Below, one piece after another: positions 9,245 to 19,506 of a stretch of DNA of 61,100 bases. Position 1 is the stretch's first letter, and each line of letters opens with the position of its first letter. Made by a program: the position numbers and the translations under genes. The stretch is from an uncultured delta proteobacterium (GTDB lineage Bacteria > Desulfobacterota > RBG-13-43-22): positions 1 to 61,100 of the forward strand of contig CAWDKY010000026.1 of NCBI GenBank assembly GCA_963802945.1, read 5' to 3'. The notes beneath the pieces were generated by a model, which ran no database searches, was not told the origin of the DNA, and worked only from the letters and a program-made list of their open reading frames with translations.

Positions 9245-10846
9245 TCACAACCACCGATCCCCTCCGGCCACACTATCCTCCCTGAAATGACAGCCCCGAC
9301 TCTGTCGGTTGTGACGGGCCGCCTGGGCGATGATCAAGCCCACCTCGACGGCGTTACGCAGACCGATCAGACCGTCGCTCAGCTTGGTCTTACGGTAGAA
9401 GGTCTCGATCTCGTTCTGCATGTGACGCAGTTCGCGGATGGCCCGCGAGAGTCGGTCGCCGGAGCGGATGAGTCCCACATAGTGCCACATGATGTTTTGG
9501 ATGGTCTGCATGTCGCCTTGAAGCAGGGCCGGATCGGATTTTTGGGTCAGCCCGGATTCGTCCCAGGCCGGGATGTCCTCAGGGGTTACCGCACATTTCG
9601 AGCCGGCGGCCAAACGGGAAGCGATATCGCGGGCCGCCCGCGTTCCCCAAACCAGACCTTCCAGCAGAGAAGTCGAAGCCAGACGATTCGCCCCGTGCAA
9701 GCCGGTGCAGGAAACCTCGCCGACGGCATAGAGACGGTCAATGTTGGTCCGGCCCCATTCGTCCACGGCTACTCCCCCGCAAAAATAGTGCGCCGCCGGG
9801 ACAACGGGAATCGGTTCCATAGTGATATCAAGGCCGACTCGTTGGCATTCGCTGTAAATATTAGGAAATCGATCTTTGATTTCCTCGGCCGGCATATGCG
9901 AGGCAATGTCCAGCAGGACGTAGGAATAGCCCTCCGTTTCCATTTCGCTATGGATGGCCCGGGATACCACGTCCCGCGGGGCCAGATCTTTCCATTCGGG
10001 AGAATACTTTTCCATAAACGGTCGGCCGTCAGGCCTGAGCAGTACACCGCCTTCACCGCGCACGGCTTCACTGATAAGAAAACCCTCGGCCCCCGGAACG
10101 GAGAGCACCGTCGGATGAAATTGGATATATTCGGTGTTAAGGATACTCGCCCCGGCGCGATTGGCCATGGCCAGCCCGTCGCCCCTGGCCCCTGACGGGT
10201 TGGTGGTGTTGCGATAGATTCGCCCAATGCCGCCGGTGGCCAGAATGGTGAAAGCAGCTAACGTTCGGTGAACGGATTTTCCCTTGCGGTCGAAGACATA
10301 AACGCCGTGGCAGGCAACCGGCTCGTAGGCCGCCAGCGGGTCTCGGGAGTGGTGGGGATAAGTGATCAGGTCCACGGCGGTGGCCTCGGTAATCAACTCT
10401 ATGTTGGGCTGCTCTTGGACGACCTGCATCAGGGCGGAGATGATCGCCTGCCCCGTCCCGTCGCCCACATGTAAAATACGCCGACGGGAATGGGCCCCTT
10501 CTTGTCCCCAATCAGGGTCACCGTTGTCTTGTTCATCAAAAAGGACTTTGGCCTTCTCCACCAAAACTTCCTGCAAAAGGGCAGGGCCCTCTTCGGCCAG
10601 GATGCGCGCCGCACGCGGCAGAGAGGCGCCTGCACCGGCGGCCAGGATGTCTTCAACCAACAACTCCGGGGAGTCTCCCGGTCCGCGGCCGATAATTCCG
10701 CCTTGGGCGTAACGCGAATTGGATTCGCAGGGGTCAGGGGCGCGGTTAATCAGGATGATGTGCCGTTGCGGATCCTGGGCCAGGTTCAAGGCGGCCGTTG
10801 CTCCGGCTATTCCCGAGCCGATGATCAGTACATCTGTAGTTTTCAT
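9245..10846 (-). CDS. nadB: L-aspartate oxidase
   Basis: GSGIAG, SRYAQGGI, EGAHSRRRILH, GLHGANRLASTSLLEG. Confidence 0.97.
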   Translation of the reverse strand: MKTTDVLIIGSGIAGATAALNLAQDPQRHIILINRAPDPCESNSRYAQGGIIGRGPGDSPELLVEDILAAGAGASLPRAARILAEEGPALLQEVLVEKAKVLFDEQDNGDPDWGQEGAHSRRRILHVGDGTGQAIISALMQVVQEQPNIELITEATAVDLITYPHHSRDPLAAYEPVACHGVYVFDRKGKSVHRTLAAFTILATGGIGRIYRNTTNPSGARGDGLAMANRAGASILNTEYIQFHPTVLSVPGAEGFLISEAVRGEGGVLLRPDGRPFMEKYSPEWKDLAPRDVVSRAIHSEMETEGYSYVLLDIASHMPAEEIKDRFPNIYSECQRVGLDITMEPIPVVPAAHYFCGGVAVDEWGRTNIDRLYAVGEVSCTGLHGANRLASTSLLEGLVWGTRAARDIASRLAAGSKCAVTPEDIPAWDESGLTQKSDPALLQGDMQTIQNIMWHYVGLIRSGDRLSRAIRELRHMQNEIETFYRKTKLSDGLIGLRNAVEVGLIIAQAARHNRQSRGCHFREDSVAGGDRWL

Positions 10847-10889
10847 AAATATCCTTAACTAATATTCCGGGAAGATTTGGTTATAGCCG

Positions 10890-11737
10890 CTACGATAAAT
10901 AATCAAAGGATGCGTCAAATACCTTTACTGAATGGGTCAGCGCCCCTGTTGAAATGAAATCCACCCCTGTCTCGGCAATCCGGCGGACAGTCGAAAGCGT
11001 CACATTGCCGCTGGCTTCCAGTTTGGCACGGCCGGCCGTCAGGCGGACGGCATCGGCCATCATTTCGCAGGTCATGTTATCGAGCAGGATACGCTCGACC
11101 TGAAGACTCAGGGCCTCGCGGACATCATCCAAGGTGCGGGCCTCCACCTCGACCTCCAGGCCGGTGTGGGCGGACCGGGCCCGCCTCACCGCCTCGGTGA
11201 TGGACCCGGCATAGTCTATATGGTTATCTTTGATAAGGATCATATCGTACAGGCCGATGCGGTGGTTCTCTCCTCCGCCCCGTTTGACAGCCAGCTTATC
11301 GGCCAGGCGCAAACCGGGTGCGGTCTTTCGCGTGTCAAGAATAACCGCCTTCGTCCCGGCCACTGCGTCCACGAATTGATGTGTCAGCGTGGCGATCCCG
11401 GACATCCGCCCCAGGAAGTTGAGGGCGGTTCGTTCACCGGTCAGCAGACTGCGGGCGCGCCCTGAAACCAGGGCCAGCACCTGACGGTCGGCAACCCGTG
11501 CGCCTTCATCCACTTTGCGTGACGGAAGTCCACTTCCGCGTCAACCATCTGATAAACCGCCCGGGCCACATCCAGTCCGGCTACGATACCGTCCTGTTTG
11601 GCGATGATCCGGCCGCGCATTCTGGCGTCGGCTGGAACAATACTGTCGGTGGTAGCGTCTCCCGGTCCAATGTCTTCGGTCAGGGCCCGCCGGATGGCCT
11701 CAAGAATATCGGGATGCAGAGATTTTTGAATAATCAT
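10890..11737 (-). CDS. nadC: Quinolinate phosphoribosyltransferase, frameshift near 11515
   Basis: N-part ALTEDIGPGDATT (11441..11737) plus C-part LDTRKTAPG, LIKDNH, ILLDN (10890..11513) in adjacent frames. Confidence 0.92.
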
Positions 11738-11938
11738 TTTAATGTTTGGCGGGGAGATTTTTTAAGGGCCGAAGGTTCTTTTTCCTTCCGTTGGTTCTGG
11801 CTTTTGAGGTTTTTATGGTTCTTCCTGAGAAACTACATAATCTATCATAATACTAAGAAAAAATAACATCGAACCATCTAAAAGTAAAGCCTATACTTCA
11901 ACCAAGATCTTTTTTCCATTTTAAGCTAAGGGATATCG

Positions 11939-13309
11939 TCAGTCTTTTTTTCCTGGGAAGACGGTATGATCAAACTGAGAAGCATCAGAATTGTTAAAAA
12001 GGGGACGATTCAAGTTGATAATCTTTTGCCTCACCATTTGGATGTGCTCTTTAAAAATGAAAACTTCATCATAAAAAGGAACCGAAACCTTAATGCCGTC
12101 GACGGCTTTCTCGATTTGACCGAGATGCTCCTGGTAATCATTGAAATATTCCGGCCGGTAGTGTTCCGTTAGATCCTTTTCAAAATTTCTAAGTTCGCGG
12201 TACCATCGATAATATTTCGACCGGTTTCTCCAGGTATACAGCCAGGGCAGGATTCCGATCATGGGAATCAGTATCACTCCCAAGGGAATAAGTAACAGGA
12301 GCATGCTCTCGATGAATGCTGCTGCCCAAAAGGGCAGGATTTCATACAGTACCGAACCGCCCGATTTGTAAAACCGCTGAGCCTGCTCACTGATCGGGAA
12401 ATCCTGGGTCTTCAATGAAGGGAATTCACCTCCTTTGTGGAGCCAGCCGGCACCGCTATAAATCTCCACAGAGGCCTTCAGAAGCAGATAAACCAATGCC
12501 GGATGCAGGTTTTTGCGCACGATGAGATTTACCGTCGAGGCCAGAAGATGAATATCTGAAGAAGGATATCTTTCGGTCAGGTTCACTATTCCCTTTGGCA
12601 AAACCACATGAGACAGGCCAGGGAAAAGCCTGGTGTAGGATTCCGCTTGGTTGAAACTCATTAGTTTAATATCTTTATTGTGAAGCATTTCCTGCACAAA
12701 CGGGTTGTCGGCCGCGCTGAATACCATAATCACATCGATCTTGCCCTCCATCATCGCCTTTTTGGAAGCGGCCTGGGGGAACTCATATATTTTTGTCGGA
12801 GGATTAAGAGCATTGGCTGCTTTCAGTAAATCAAAAGTGAATTTTCGTATGCTGCTTCCTTCCGGGCCGGTATTGATTCTTTTACCTCTGAGTTGTGACA
12901 AATCATCAAGGGTCTCATTGCCTTTATAAAAGACCCATAAAGGTGTGTAGAACACACTGCCAAGAGACACAAGATTCGACAGGCCCTCCACCCTGCCCAT
13001 GCCGTCCTGGACAAAACCGGCATCAAGCCTCTGGGATTGATCCATCAGGCGTCTCAAATTCTCCACGGCGCCTGATGATGGGAGTAGTTTTACCTTGATG
13101 CCGTTTCGGGCCAGTACCTGCCGGTAACGCTCACCGAAGATAACAAATGAGCCTTGTTCCCTGCCGGTGCTCATCACCAGGGTATTCGGGGGGATCGGTT
13201 GAACAAAATGATAGCTCGCCCAGCAGAGGATCGCGATGATCAAAATGGCAGGGATGAAAAATTTCAAGATTACTTTTAGATTTAATTCCCTGATTTTGTT
13301 TCGGCCCAT
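11939..13309 (-). CDS. TAXI-family TRAP solute-binding protein with C-terminal membrane extension
   Basis: SSGAVENL, GFVQDG, LRGKRINTGPEGS, TM helix near the C-terminus. Confidence 0.8.
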   Translation of the reverse strand: MGRNKIRELNLKVILKFFIPAILIIAILCWASYHFVQPIPPNTLVMSTGREQGSFVIFGERYRQVLARNGIKVKLLPSSGAVENLRRLMDQSQRLDAGFVQDGMGRVEGLSNLVSLGSVFYTPLWVFYKGNETLDDLSQLRGKRINTGPEGSSIRKFTFDLLKAANALNPPTKIYEFPQAASKKAMMEGKIDVIMVFSAADNPFVQEMLHNKDIKLMSFNQAESYTRLFPGLSHVVLPKGIVNLTERYPSSDIHLLASTVNLIVRKNLHPALVYLLLKASVEIYSGAGWLHKGGEFPSLKTQDFPISEQAQRFYKSGGSVLYEILPFWAAAFIESMLLLLIPLGVILIPMIGILPWLYTWRNRSKYYRWYRELRNFEKDLTEHYRPEYFNDYQEHLGQIEKAVDGIKVSVPFYDEVFIFKEHIQMVRQKIINLNRPLFNNSDASQFDHTVFPGKKD

Positions 13310-13740
13310 TGTCTCTCTCACCTCTTATGATTATGACCATAGTACCATTTTTGGAGTTCAAGAGCCATCGGTCATACTTTTTGTTAATGGGACAAGAGCT
13401 TTTTTCCCGATGATTTAAGTATAATAGAGGAGCAGACTGCAAGTCAAGGGTTTAGGGGAAATCGAAGATCCCGTACCTCATCTGGGCGCATTTCCGGTTT
13501 GCCCGATGCTCAGCTAACCCGCTTATTGGTGGGGACGTTCGTTTAGAAATTGCTTACTATAGTGGGATAAAGGAATTTGAATAACCACGCTGTTCGATTT
13601 TGATCGGCTAACGTCCCCGATCAGGAGTCTGTGTTGCCCCCAAAGCAACGTAGGTAGCAATGCCCCCTCATTATCCGCATCAGTGAAGCGATGAGCGTCT
13701 GTCGAATGAAAAGTTTGCAACATCTACTCAAGAAAAATTA

Positions 13741-14030
13741 TATAACGCCGTCCAGTTTATCGGCTACCGAAGTTTTGCACGCCCGGCAATGTTGGGCACT
13801 TCGGTAGAGCGGTTTGCCGCAGGAGGGACAATGGTAGCGTTCACCTTCGGTCTGAGCCCATTCAAGGACCCCTTTTCAGTACCATGCTCAGCCACCTTGG
13901 CCTGCCTTAGGGGAATGAATCTTTTCATTACCCTTAAAACTGAATTTTTGACTTGAGCAGGAATAACATCAGCTAACTCGCTGTTTTCCAACTTGTCGCA
14001 AGGACATTCCTTGCATTGATGGCACAAATA
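13741..14030 (-). pseudogene. C-terminal remnant of a DUF3795-like Cys-rich protein
   Basis: CHQCKECPC...VMKRFIPL, then frameshifted YHCPSCGKPLYRSAQHCRACK; parallels the intact 31631..32074 protein. Confidence 0.6.
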
Positions 14031-14063
14031 AAAACTAAAGATGGTCGCCTGTGCCGGCACTTT

Positions 14064-14663
14064 TTATTTAAAAAGGTAACGAGAAATCATATCCGATAGT
14101 TCCTCTATCATGAGATCCCTATCCTTTGAGGTTGATCTCGTTGCCGAATGAATGATTTCCCTTATGGCTATTGATATAAACCAGGCCGTCAGCTCTATAT
14201 TTTTTTTCCGCAACCTGTTTTCGATTAATTTTAAATTGGCCGTGATCTGGCTCCTCGCAGTTTCTTCCTGTTGTTTGATAATCTGATCAATTTCGGGATC
14301 GACATTTTTCAGTATCTCCGCCTTTTGATCGAATTCGAGGGTTGCATAGTGCGATTTCCATATGGTTTTTACCAGGTTTTGAATTAATTCGGATTGGTTG
14401 GTATCCGTAATCTTTTTTGATGAATACTCGTTTAAAATCTTCAAGACATTTAAACGATGAGTCTTTAGCAGCTCAATGAACAATTCCCGTTTATCTTCGA
14501 AATAACTGTAAAAACTTCCAATAGCTACTCCGGCCTCGGAGGCAATCTCCCTTGAACTGGTTCCATGCAGGCCTTTTTGGCTGAACAGCCTGAAACCGGC
14601 CTCTAATATTCTATTCTTTGTATCTATACCCCTATTTTGTTTTGGTGCTCTCTTTTTTTGCAT
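14064..14663 (-). CDS. TetR/AcrR family regulator
   Basis: ILEAGFRLFSQKGLHGTSSREIASEAGVAIGSFYSYF. Confidence 0.92.
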   Translation of the reverse strand: MQKKRAPKQNRGIDTKNRILEAGFRLFSQKGLHGTSSREIASEAGVAIGSFYSYFEDKRELFIELLKTHRLNVLKILNEYSSKKITDTNQSELIQNLVKTIWKSHYATLEFDQKAEILKNVDPEIDQIIKQQEETARSQITANLKLIENRLRKKNIELTAWFISIAIREIIHSATRSTSKDRDLMIEELSDMISRYLFK

Positions 14664-14742
14664 TTAATCCTCTATATTTCTGAACCCATAAATCCTTGTG
14701 ATTTCGGAATTATATCACGAAAAATATTTTTCACCTATAAAT

Positions 14743-14817
14743 TGAACAATAATTCATATTTTTTGCTTGACAACATGAACAATTGTTCATATAAGATGGA
14801 CATGAACAATTATTCAA
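14743..14817. promoter_or_regulatory. Three TGAAC-N4-RTTCA operators over a sigma70-like promoter
   Basis: TGAACAATAATTCA 14743-56; perfect ATGAACAATTGTTCAT 14775-90; ATGAACAATTATTCAA 14802-17; TTGACA 14767-72 then 17 nt then TATAAG. Confidence 0.75.
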
Positions 14818-14848
14818 CAATAAATGTTAAGTTTTTAAGGAGGCAGAA

Positions 14849-15802
14849 ATGAAAATTCAAATTCAAGAGGTCGACAAAATTGAAATATTGACTCTGCAAG
14901 ACAATTATATAGATTTATTGTCTTTGCAAGATACGGAAATAATTTCCAGGGCAAAACCGATTAAAGGAAATGAGGTAAGCAACAGCATCTTGGCTGAACA
15001 TGGCTTCTCCTTACTGGTAACCGTCACCATGGAAGGAAAAAAAAGAAGCCTTCTCTATGATTTTGGGTTTTCCAGCCACGGAGCGCTCTATAATGCAAAG
15101 GCGTTAAACCTCGATTTGAGATCGGTCGAATCATTAGCCCTTTCGCATGGACATCTCGATCATTTCGGTGGAATAGAGTCACTTACCGGTCACATTGGGA
15201 AAAAGGGGATTGAAATGGTGCTTCATCCGGCTGCTTTCAAAAGCCCACGCTATTTTAAGCTATCAGAAGATTTTAAGATCAATCTTCCGACGTTGTCGCG
15301 AGAACTTTTAAAATCGGCAGGAATTAATATTGTCGAGACCCGAAAGCCCTATGCACTTCTCGACGGCTGTATCTTCAGTACCGGTGAAATTCCAAGGAGG
15401 AATGATTTTGAAAAAGGCGTGCCCTACTTATATAGTATAGAAAATGGCATTGAAAAACAGGATCCAATTGAAGATGACATGGCTTTAATTATAAATGTGA
15501 AAGGCAAAGGCCTGGTCATATTGACCGGCTGTGCGCATGCCGGGATCGTGAACACAGTGAATTATGCCAAAGAGATAACGGGAGAGGAAAAATTTTATGT
15601 GGTTATGGGCGGTTTCCATCTGACAGGACCGGATTTCGAACCGATCATATCCCTCGTTACGGGAGCACTTAAGACTATGAATCCCAAGTATATCGTGCCT
15701 ACCCATTGCACAGGCAGAAAGGCGATCATGTACATGGAAAAAGAAATGCCTGAACAATTCATATTGAATATGTCAGGAACGTTGCTCACATTTTCCGTAT
15801 AA
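14849..15802 (+). CDS. MBL-fold metallo-hydrolase (COG1237-like)
   Basis: AEHGFS, LSHGHLDHFGG, GCAHAG, GGFHL, PTHCTG. Confidence 0.9.
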   Translation: MKIQIQEVDKIEILTLQDNYIDLLSLQDTEIISRAKPIKGNEVSNSILAEHGFSLLVTVTMEGKKRSLLYDFGFSSHGALYNAKALNLDLRSVESLALSHGHLDHFGGIESLTGHIGKKGIEMVLHPAAFKSPRYFKLSEDFKINLPTLSRELLKSAGINIVETRKPYALLDGCIFSTGEIPRRNDFEKGVPYLYSIENGIEKQDPIEDDMALIINVKGKGLVILTGCAHAGIVNTVNYAKEITGEEKFYVVMGGFHLTGPDFEPIISLVTGALKTMNPKYIVPTHCTGRKAIMYMEKEMPEQFILNMSGTLLTFSV

Positions 15803-15862
15803 TTGCTATTTTGCTATCGGTAGGAAGAACTATTTGTTTTTTCTTAAAAAGGAGGAAAAATC

Positions 15863-16315
15863 ATGAATTTGGGTATACTCACCTGTTCTTCGATCACTCA
15901 AGATCTGGCCTGTTCTTCATTTAATTGCCTGAAAGAATTATATGATGGTAAAGGGGAATTTTCAGTATATAAAGGGGAGGCCAAGCTTGTTGGTATTATC
16001 AATTGTTCTGGTTGCCTTACGATTAATGCACCTGAAAAACTTCTTAAGCGAATTCGTTCATTAACAGAACTTAAGCCGGATGCGATCCATCTAAGTACTT
16101 GTATGGTTGATATCTGTCCATTTAAAGATAAATATTTTAAATTGCTAACTGAAAATTTCCCTCAAATTCAATTTATCGCCGGAACACATGGCTGGCCGGA
16201 AGGGATGAGTAAAGAAGATCACATAATAGTAAATAGAAAAATGGTAAATGATCTATTTAAAAATGGGAAAACAATGGGGGATATGATTCCGTTTCTCTAC
16301 AATCCAAGCAAATAG
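15863..16315 (+). CDS. CGGC-domain protein
   Basis: CSSFNCL...LVGIINCSGC...IHLSTC...CP...GTH. Confidence 0.85.
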   Translation: MNLGILTCSSITQDLACSSFNCLKELYDGKGEFSVYKGEAKLVGIINCSGCLTINAPEKLLKRIRSLTELKPDAIHLSTCMVDICPFKDKYFKLLTENFPQIQFIAGTHGWPEGMSKEDHIIVNRKMVNDLFKNGKTMGDMIPFLYNPSK

Positions 16316-16394
16316 ATATTTTGGGATCATCGGCTCTTTGAGCGTGTTCAAACACTTATTATGGAGTGAATTAATAAGATTAGAGGTGAATAGA

Positions 16395-16751
16395 ATGGAA
16401 TGTCAAAAATGTGGCCAACTTATCGAAACCGGGGGAGAAAGGGAAATGCACGGCCAAACCTTATGTGAAGACTGTTACATCGATGCCCTTTCTCCGGTAA
16501 AAGCCTGTGACCCCTGGGCGGTTCATTCGGCCAAGCGACTTGAGCAGGCGGGGACGGGCATTCAGGTAAGTGATCTTCAGAAAAAAATATTGACATTTTT
16601 GAAAGAGTCCGGCCCGGTGTGGCCGGACATAGTCTGCCGGAAACTCAATATCTCTCTCAAAGAATTCGAAAGGGAATTTGCTTCCCTGCGGCACATGGAA
16701 AAGACCCGAGGGGAAAAAATCGGCGACCAGGTCTTCGTCCGTCTTTGGTAA
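16395..16751 (+). CDS. Hypothetical Zn-finger plus winged-helix protein
   Basis: CQKCG..LCEDC..CDPWAV..EREFASLRHME. Confidence 0.75.
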   Translation: MECQKCGQLIETGGEREMHGQTLCEDCYIDALSPVKACDPWAVHSAKRLEQAGTGIQVSDLQKKILTFLKESGPVWPDIVCRKLNISLKEFEREFASLRHMEKTRGEKIGDQVFVRLW

Positions 16752-16848
16752 TCAAATATAAATAAAGTCGGTTAAGATTAGAAAAGGGGATGCCGTAAGC
16801 TACATACCGAACCCGTTAATTTAAAACTTTCGATGAAAGGAGAAAGCC

Positions 16849-17388
16849 GTGAAAATTCTCAACCTTTATTTTTCTTCCACAGGCAATACCGCCAAAGTGG
16901 CGGACCGGATAACCACCACCGTGGAGCACCTGGGACATCAGATCGACACAGTAAAAATCACCGGGGACGCCGAAATCGATTTACTCAGTTATGATTTTAT
17001 CTTCGTGGGGTCAGGCGTTTATCAGTGGATGCCTGGCAAAGTCATGCAGGAGTTTATCTTGGCAAGGCTTACCCAATACGTCTCCGCCGGGGAGATCAAG
17101 CCCGCTTCCCCCCGGCGCCTCGGGAAAAAATGCGTGGTTTACTGTACCTTCGGCGGAGCTCATACCGGCGTTAACGAAGCCCTCCCGGCCGGGAAGTACC
17201 TGGGCCAATTATTTGATCACCTGGGTTTTGAAATCGTCGCTGAATGGTATTTCGTTGGCCAATATCCGTCAGAAGGACGATTGAAAGATATGTCGATCCT
17301 GGGCCGTCTCGGTAATATCATGGGCAGGCCCAGCGATGCTGACCTCGAGGATATAGCCGAAAAGGTTACGGGGGTGCTGCGGATATAA
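16849..17388 (+). CDS. Flavodoxin family protein
   Basis: YFSSTGNTAKVA, YDFIFVGSGVY. Confidence 0.85.
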   Translation: MKILNLYFSSTGNTAKVADRITTTVEHLGHQIDTVKITGDAEIDLLSYDFIFVGSGVYQWMPGKVMQEFILARLTQYVSAGEIKPASPRRLGKKCVVYCTFGGAHTGVNEALPAGKYLGQLFDHLGFEIVAEWYFVGQYPSEGRLKDMSILGRLGNIMGRPSDADLEDIAEKVTGVLRI

Positions 17389-17652
17389 TGTGTCTTAAGG
17401 AACTCAGCAGGGACAAGGTTTAGACTTGAAAGTCGAGATCTGGAGAAAAGGATTCGAAGAAATCAAAAAAATAATGTCTGAATCCCATTGTCTTTTCTTA
17501 AGAAATTTTTTAAATATAGACAAGGAGGATTTTAAGAAACAATTGACATTATCATAATTTGACGGAAGAAGGACTTGACTTGACAGTTAGGTAGCAAGGG
17601 GGGCCAGATACCTCCTGGATTGTTAGCGGCAATTAAAAAGGAGGTAACGAAG

Positions 17653-17890
17653 ATGACCACCCAAGAGGAGCTTATCAGAAAAAAACAAAGTTTGATAGAG
17701 TTAGCTGAGTTTTTACAGAACGTCTCCCAGGCCTGCCGAATTAACGGGGTATCCCGACAACATTTTTACGATATCAAGAAAGCCTATGAAGAGCAGGGGA
17801 TTGAAGATCTGAAGGAAAATGCCGCCGATAACCCTGCTTGAAGAACCGTGTGGCTCCTAAAGTGGAAGAAGCGGTAGTGAACATGGCCTG
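17653..17890 (+). pseudogene. IS481-family transposase N-terminal remnant
   Basis: LIELAEFLQNVSQACRINGVSRQHFYDIKK, then frameshifted KNRVAPKVEEAVV; no DDE domain follows. Confidence 0.75.
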
Positions 17891-18116
17891 ATCCACTCCT
17901 GTCTACGTTGCTGTGGTGGTTTGCCGGTATATCTTATATTGCACCTGTCATTTCCAGGGCATGAACAACAACCTTCTGATTGGATTTATCCGTAATGATC
18001 TCCACATGGACTCTCCGTCTTTGCGCTGTGATAATAGCTGCAGCAATTTCCTCGGACTTGAAACAATTTCCTTAAATGATGATCTCTGCAGATAGATATC
18101 ATTTCCAAAAACCATC

Positions 18117-19133
18117 TCAACCCAATACGGTCCTTGCTATAGAACTGAACCTCTTGGAGAGATCAAAATCCTTCAAGTCTTTAGTGGCCAGTTTTTTTGA
18201 CGGGCACATGTGCAAACACTTGCCGCAGAAATCTCCGCAGATGATGCCAAAGCAATTATCACGCATAACATGGTCAAAAATCTTGGAGAGATCAAAATCC
18301 TTCAAGTCCTTAGCGGCCAGCAGGTCAGAAATGTTGATATTCCCGCTCGTAAATTCAGAATAAAAGTGCATAAGCTGTCCCGGCCCGTCGGGGATTTTAA
18401 TATCACTTCGGCCGCCGGAGCCCTTAACCATCCCTAATAATCCGTACATACACCTGATATTGTCGTGCATAGAGTAAGTGATTGTTTTACCATCTATGGT
18501 TAACGACTGGCTTTCAGTCTTGGATAATGCGCCCGTTGGGCAGAGACGCACACACTTAATACCGCACTCTTTTTTGCGGCATAGAGGCGGGCCGTTATAG
18601 AGCGGTGTAGGCTCCAATTCGGCCGTAGTGAGTATCGAGTTGAATCGCTGCATCGAACCGAATTCAGGCGAGAGCCCGAGACCGTTCCAGCCGAGGTCTA
18701 CAATTCCGGCAGCCGCGGCAGCGTGCCGATGCGAGAATTCTGCCCGCGCCTTGTTGGTCGCCAGCCATTCCTCATAATTCTTATATTGCGAAGTCATCCA
18801 TGTGGGCAGGAAACACAATGTTTTATACCCTTTATATTCCAGCAATTTCGCCATTCGGTTGACCATGCGGGAGCTTTCGAGATTGGTCAGCCCATATCCA
18901 TAGAAGAGATACGGCGTGATGGTTTTGCCGGGCTTATCATATTCTCCCCACACATCCGCTGCTCCTTGAAATAGGTGCAGCGCAATCGAGACGACTGACT
19001 TGCAGCCGGGCAGGAAATCGGTCGGCTTATGACCTTCGGGTGCATTCGCAAAGCGCTCTGCCGGAGCAATTCCGACAAGGTCAGCACCCCAATCCAGCAA
19101 GTTTTCAATGACAGCCTTTGTTAGCTTGTCCAT
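18117..19133 (-). CDS. Epoxyqueuosine reductase (QueG)-like cobalamin/4Fe-4S protein
   Basis: GADLVGIA, FSHRHAAAAAG..GWNGL..PEFG..RFNSILT, C..C..CVRLCP, CGKCLHMCP. Confidence 0.8.
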   Translation of the reverse strand: MDKLTKAVIENLLDWGADLVGIAPAERFANAPEGHKPTDFLPGCKSVVSIALHLFQGAADVWGEYDKPGKTITPYLFYGYGLTNLESSRMVNRMAKLLEYKGYKTLCFLPTWMTSQYKNYEEWLATNKARAEFSHRHAAAAAGIVDLGWNGLGLSPEFGSMQRFNSILTTAELEPTPLYNGPPLCRKKECGIKCVRLCPTGALSKTESQSLTIDGKTITYSMHDNIRCMYGLLGMVKGSGGRSDIKIPDGPGQLMHFYSEFTSGNINISDLLAAKDLKDFDLSKIFDHVMRDNCFGIICGDFCGKCLHMCPSKKLATKDLKDFDLSKRFSSIARTVLG

Positions 19134-19506
19134 ATTCATTCCTCCTTGATAAATTTGATAAGTCATCTGCTCCAGTCTCAATCAGGCAATAGATGACGAT
19201 TTTTCTTTCATAATTCATGGGGATTATTTCTTTAATTCATCATTTTACGTAAAATCATTTTACACCTATTCCGGTGTCTGGAAATGTTATAAAAATATCA
19301 ATATCACGGAAAAAACATTTCGATGTCGCCTGCGCATTCGCCTTGCATGTAGTTGCCCTGGTTATGCCTGCCTTTGCCGACCTTTCCAATCATATAGTCC
19401 ACAAGCTCATCAGGATCTGTAAAATAGAAGGGTTCCTTGCCGGCCATCATGACTCTTTCCTTTTTTACTTCCCATAGTGAAAGATTTATCGATGCGTCAT
19501 CTCCCC

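Noticed and set aside
9287-10195. 302 aa plus-strand ORF and many similar overlapping ORFs
   Set aside because: Antisense shadows of GC-rich genes such as nadB.
13500-13740. attC-like half sites (GTTAGC ends, minus strand) and a 66 aa ORF; similar end near 20378
   Set aside because: The paired arms are too degraded to call.
17890-18075. Short minus-strand stretch resembling a PLD-nuclease fragment (EEIAAAIITAQRRRVHVEIITDKSN)
   Set aside because: About 40 codons with no start or HKD motif; at most debris.
18152-18320. DGR template/variable repeat pair (both mismatches are A/G on the coding strand)
   Set aside because: Only 40 bp and two mismatches, both copies lie inside one ORF, and there is no reverse transcriptase in the window.
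18117-19133. Respiratory reductive dehalogenase
   Set aside because: No Tat signal and no rdhB anchor; motifs fit the broader QueG-like group.
19290-19475. Short minus-strand ORF (MMAGKEPFYFTDPDELVDYMIGKVGK...)
   Set aside because: Looks like a truncated gene start; family cannot be supported.
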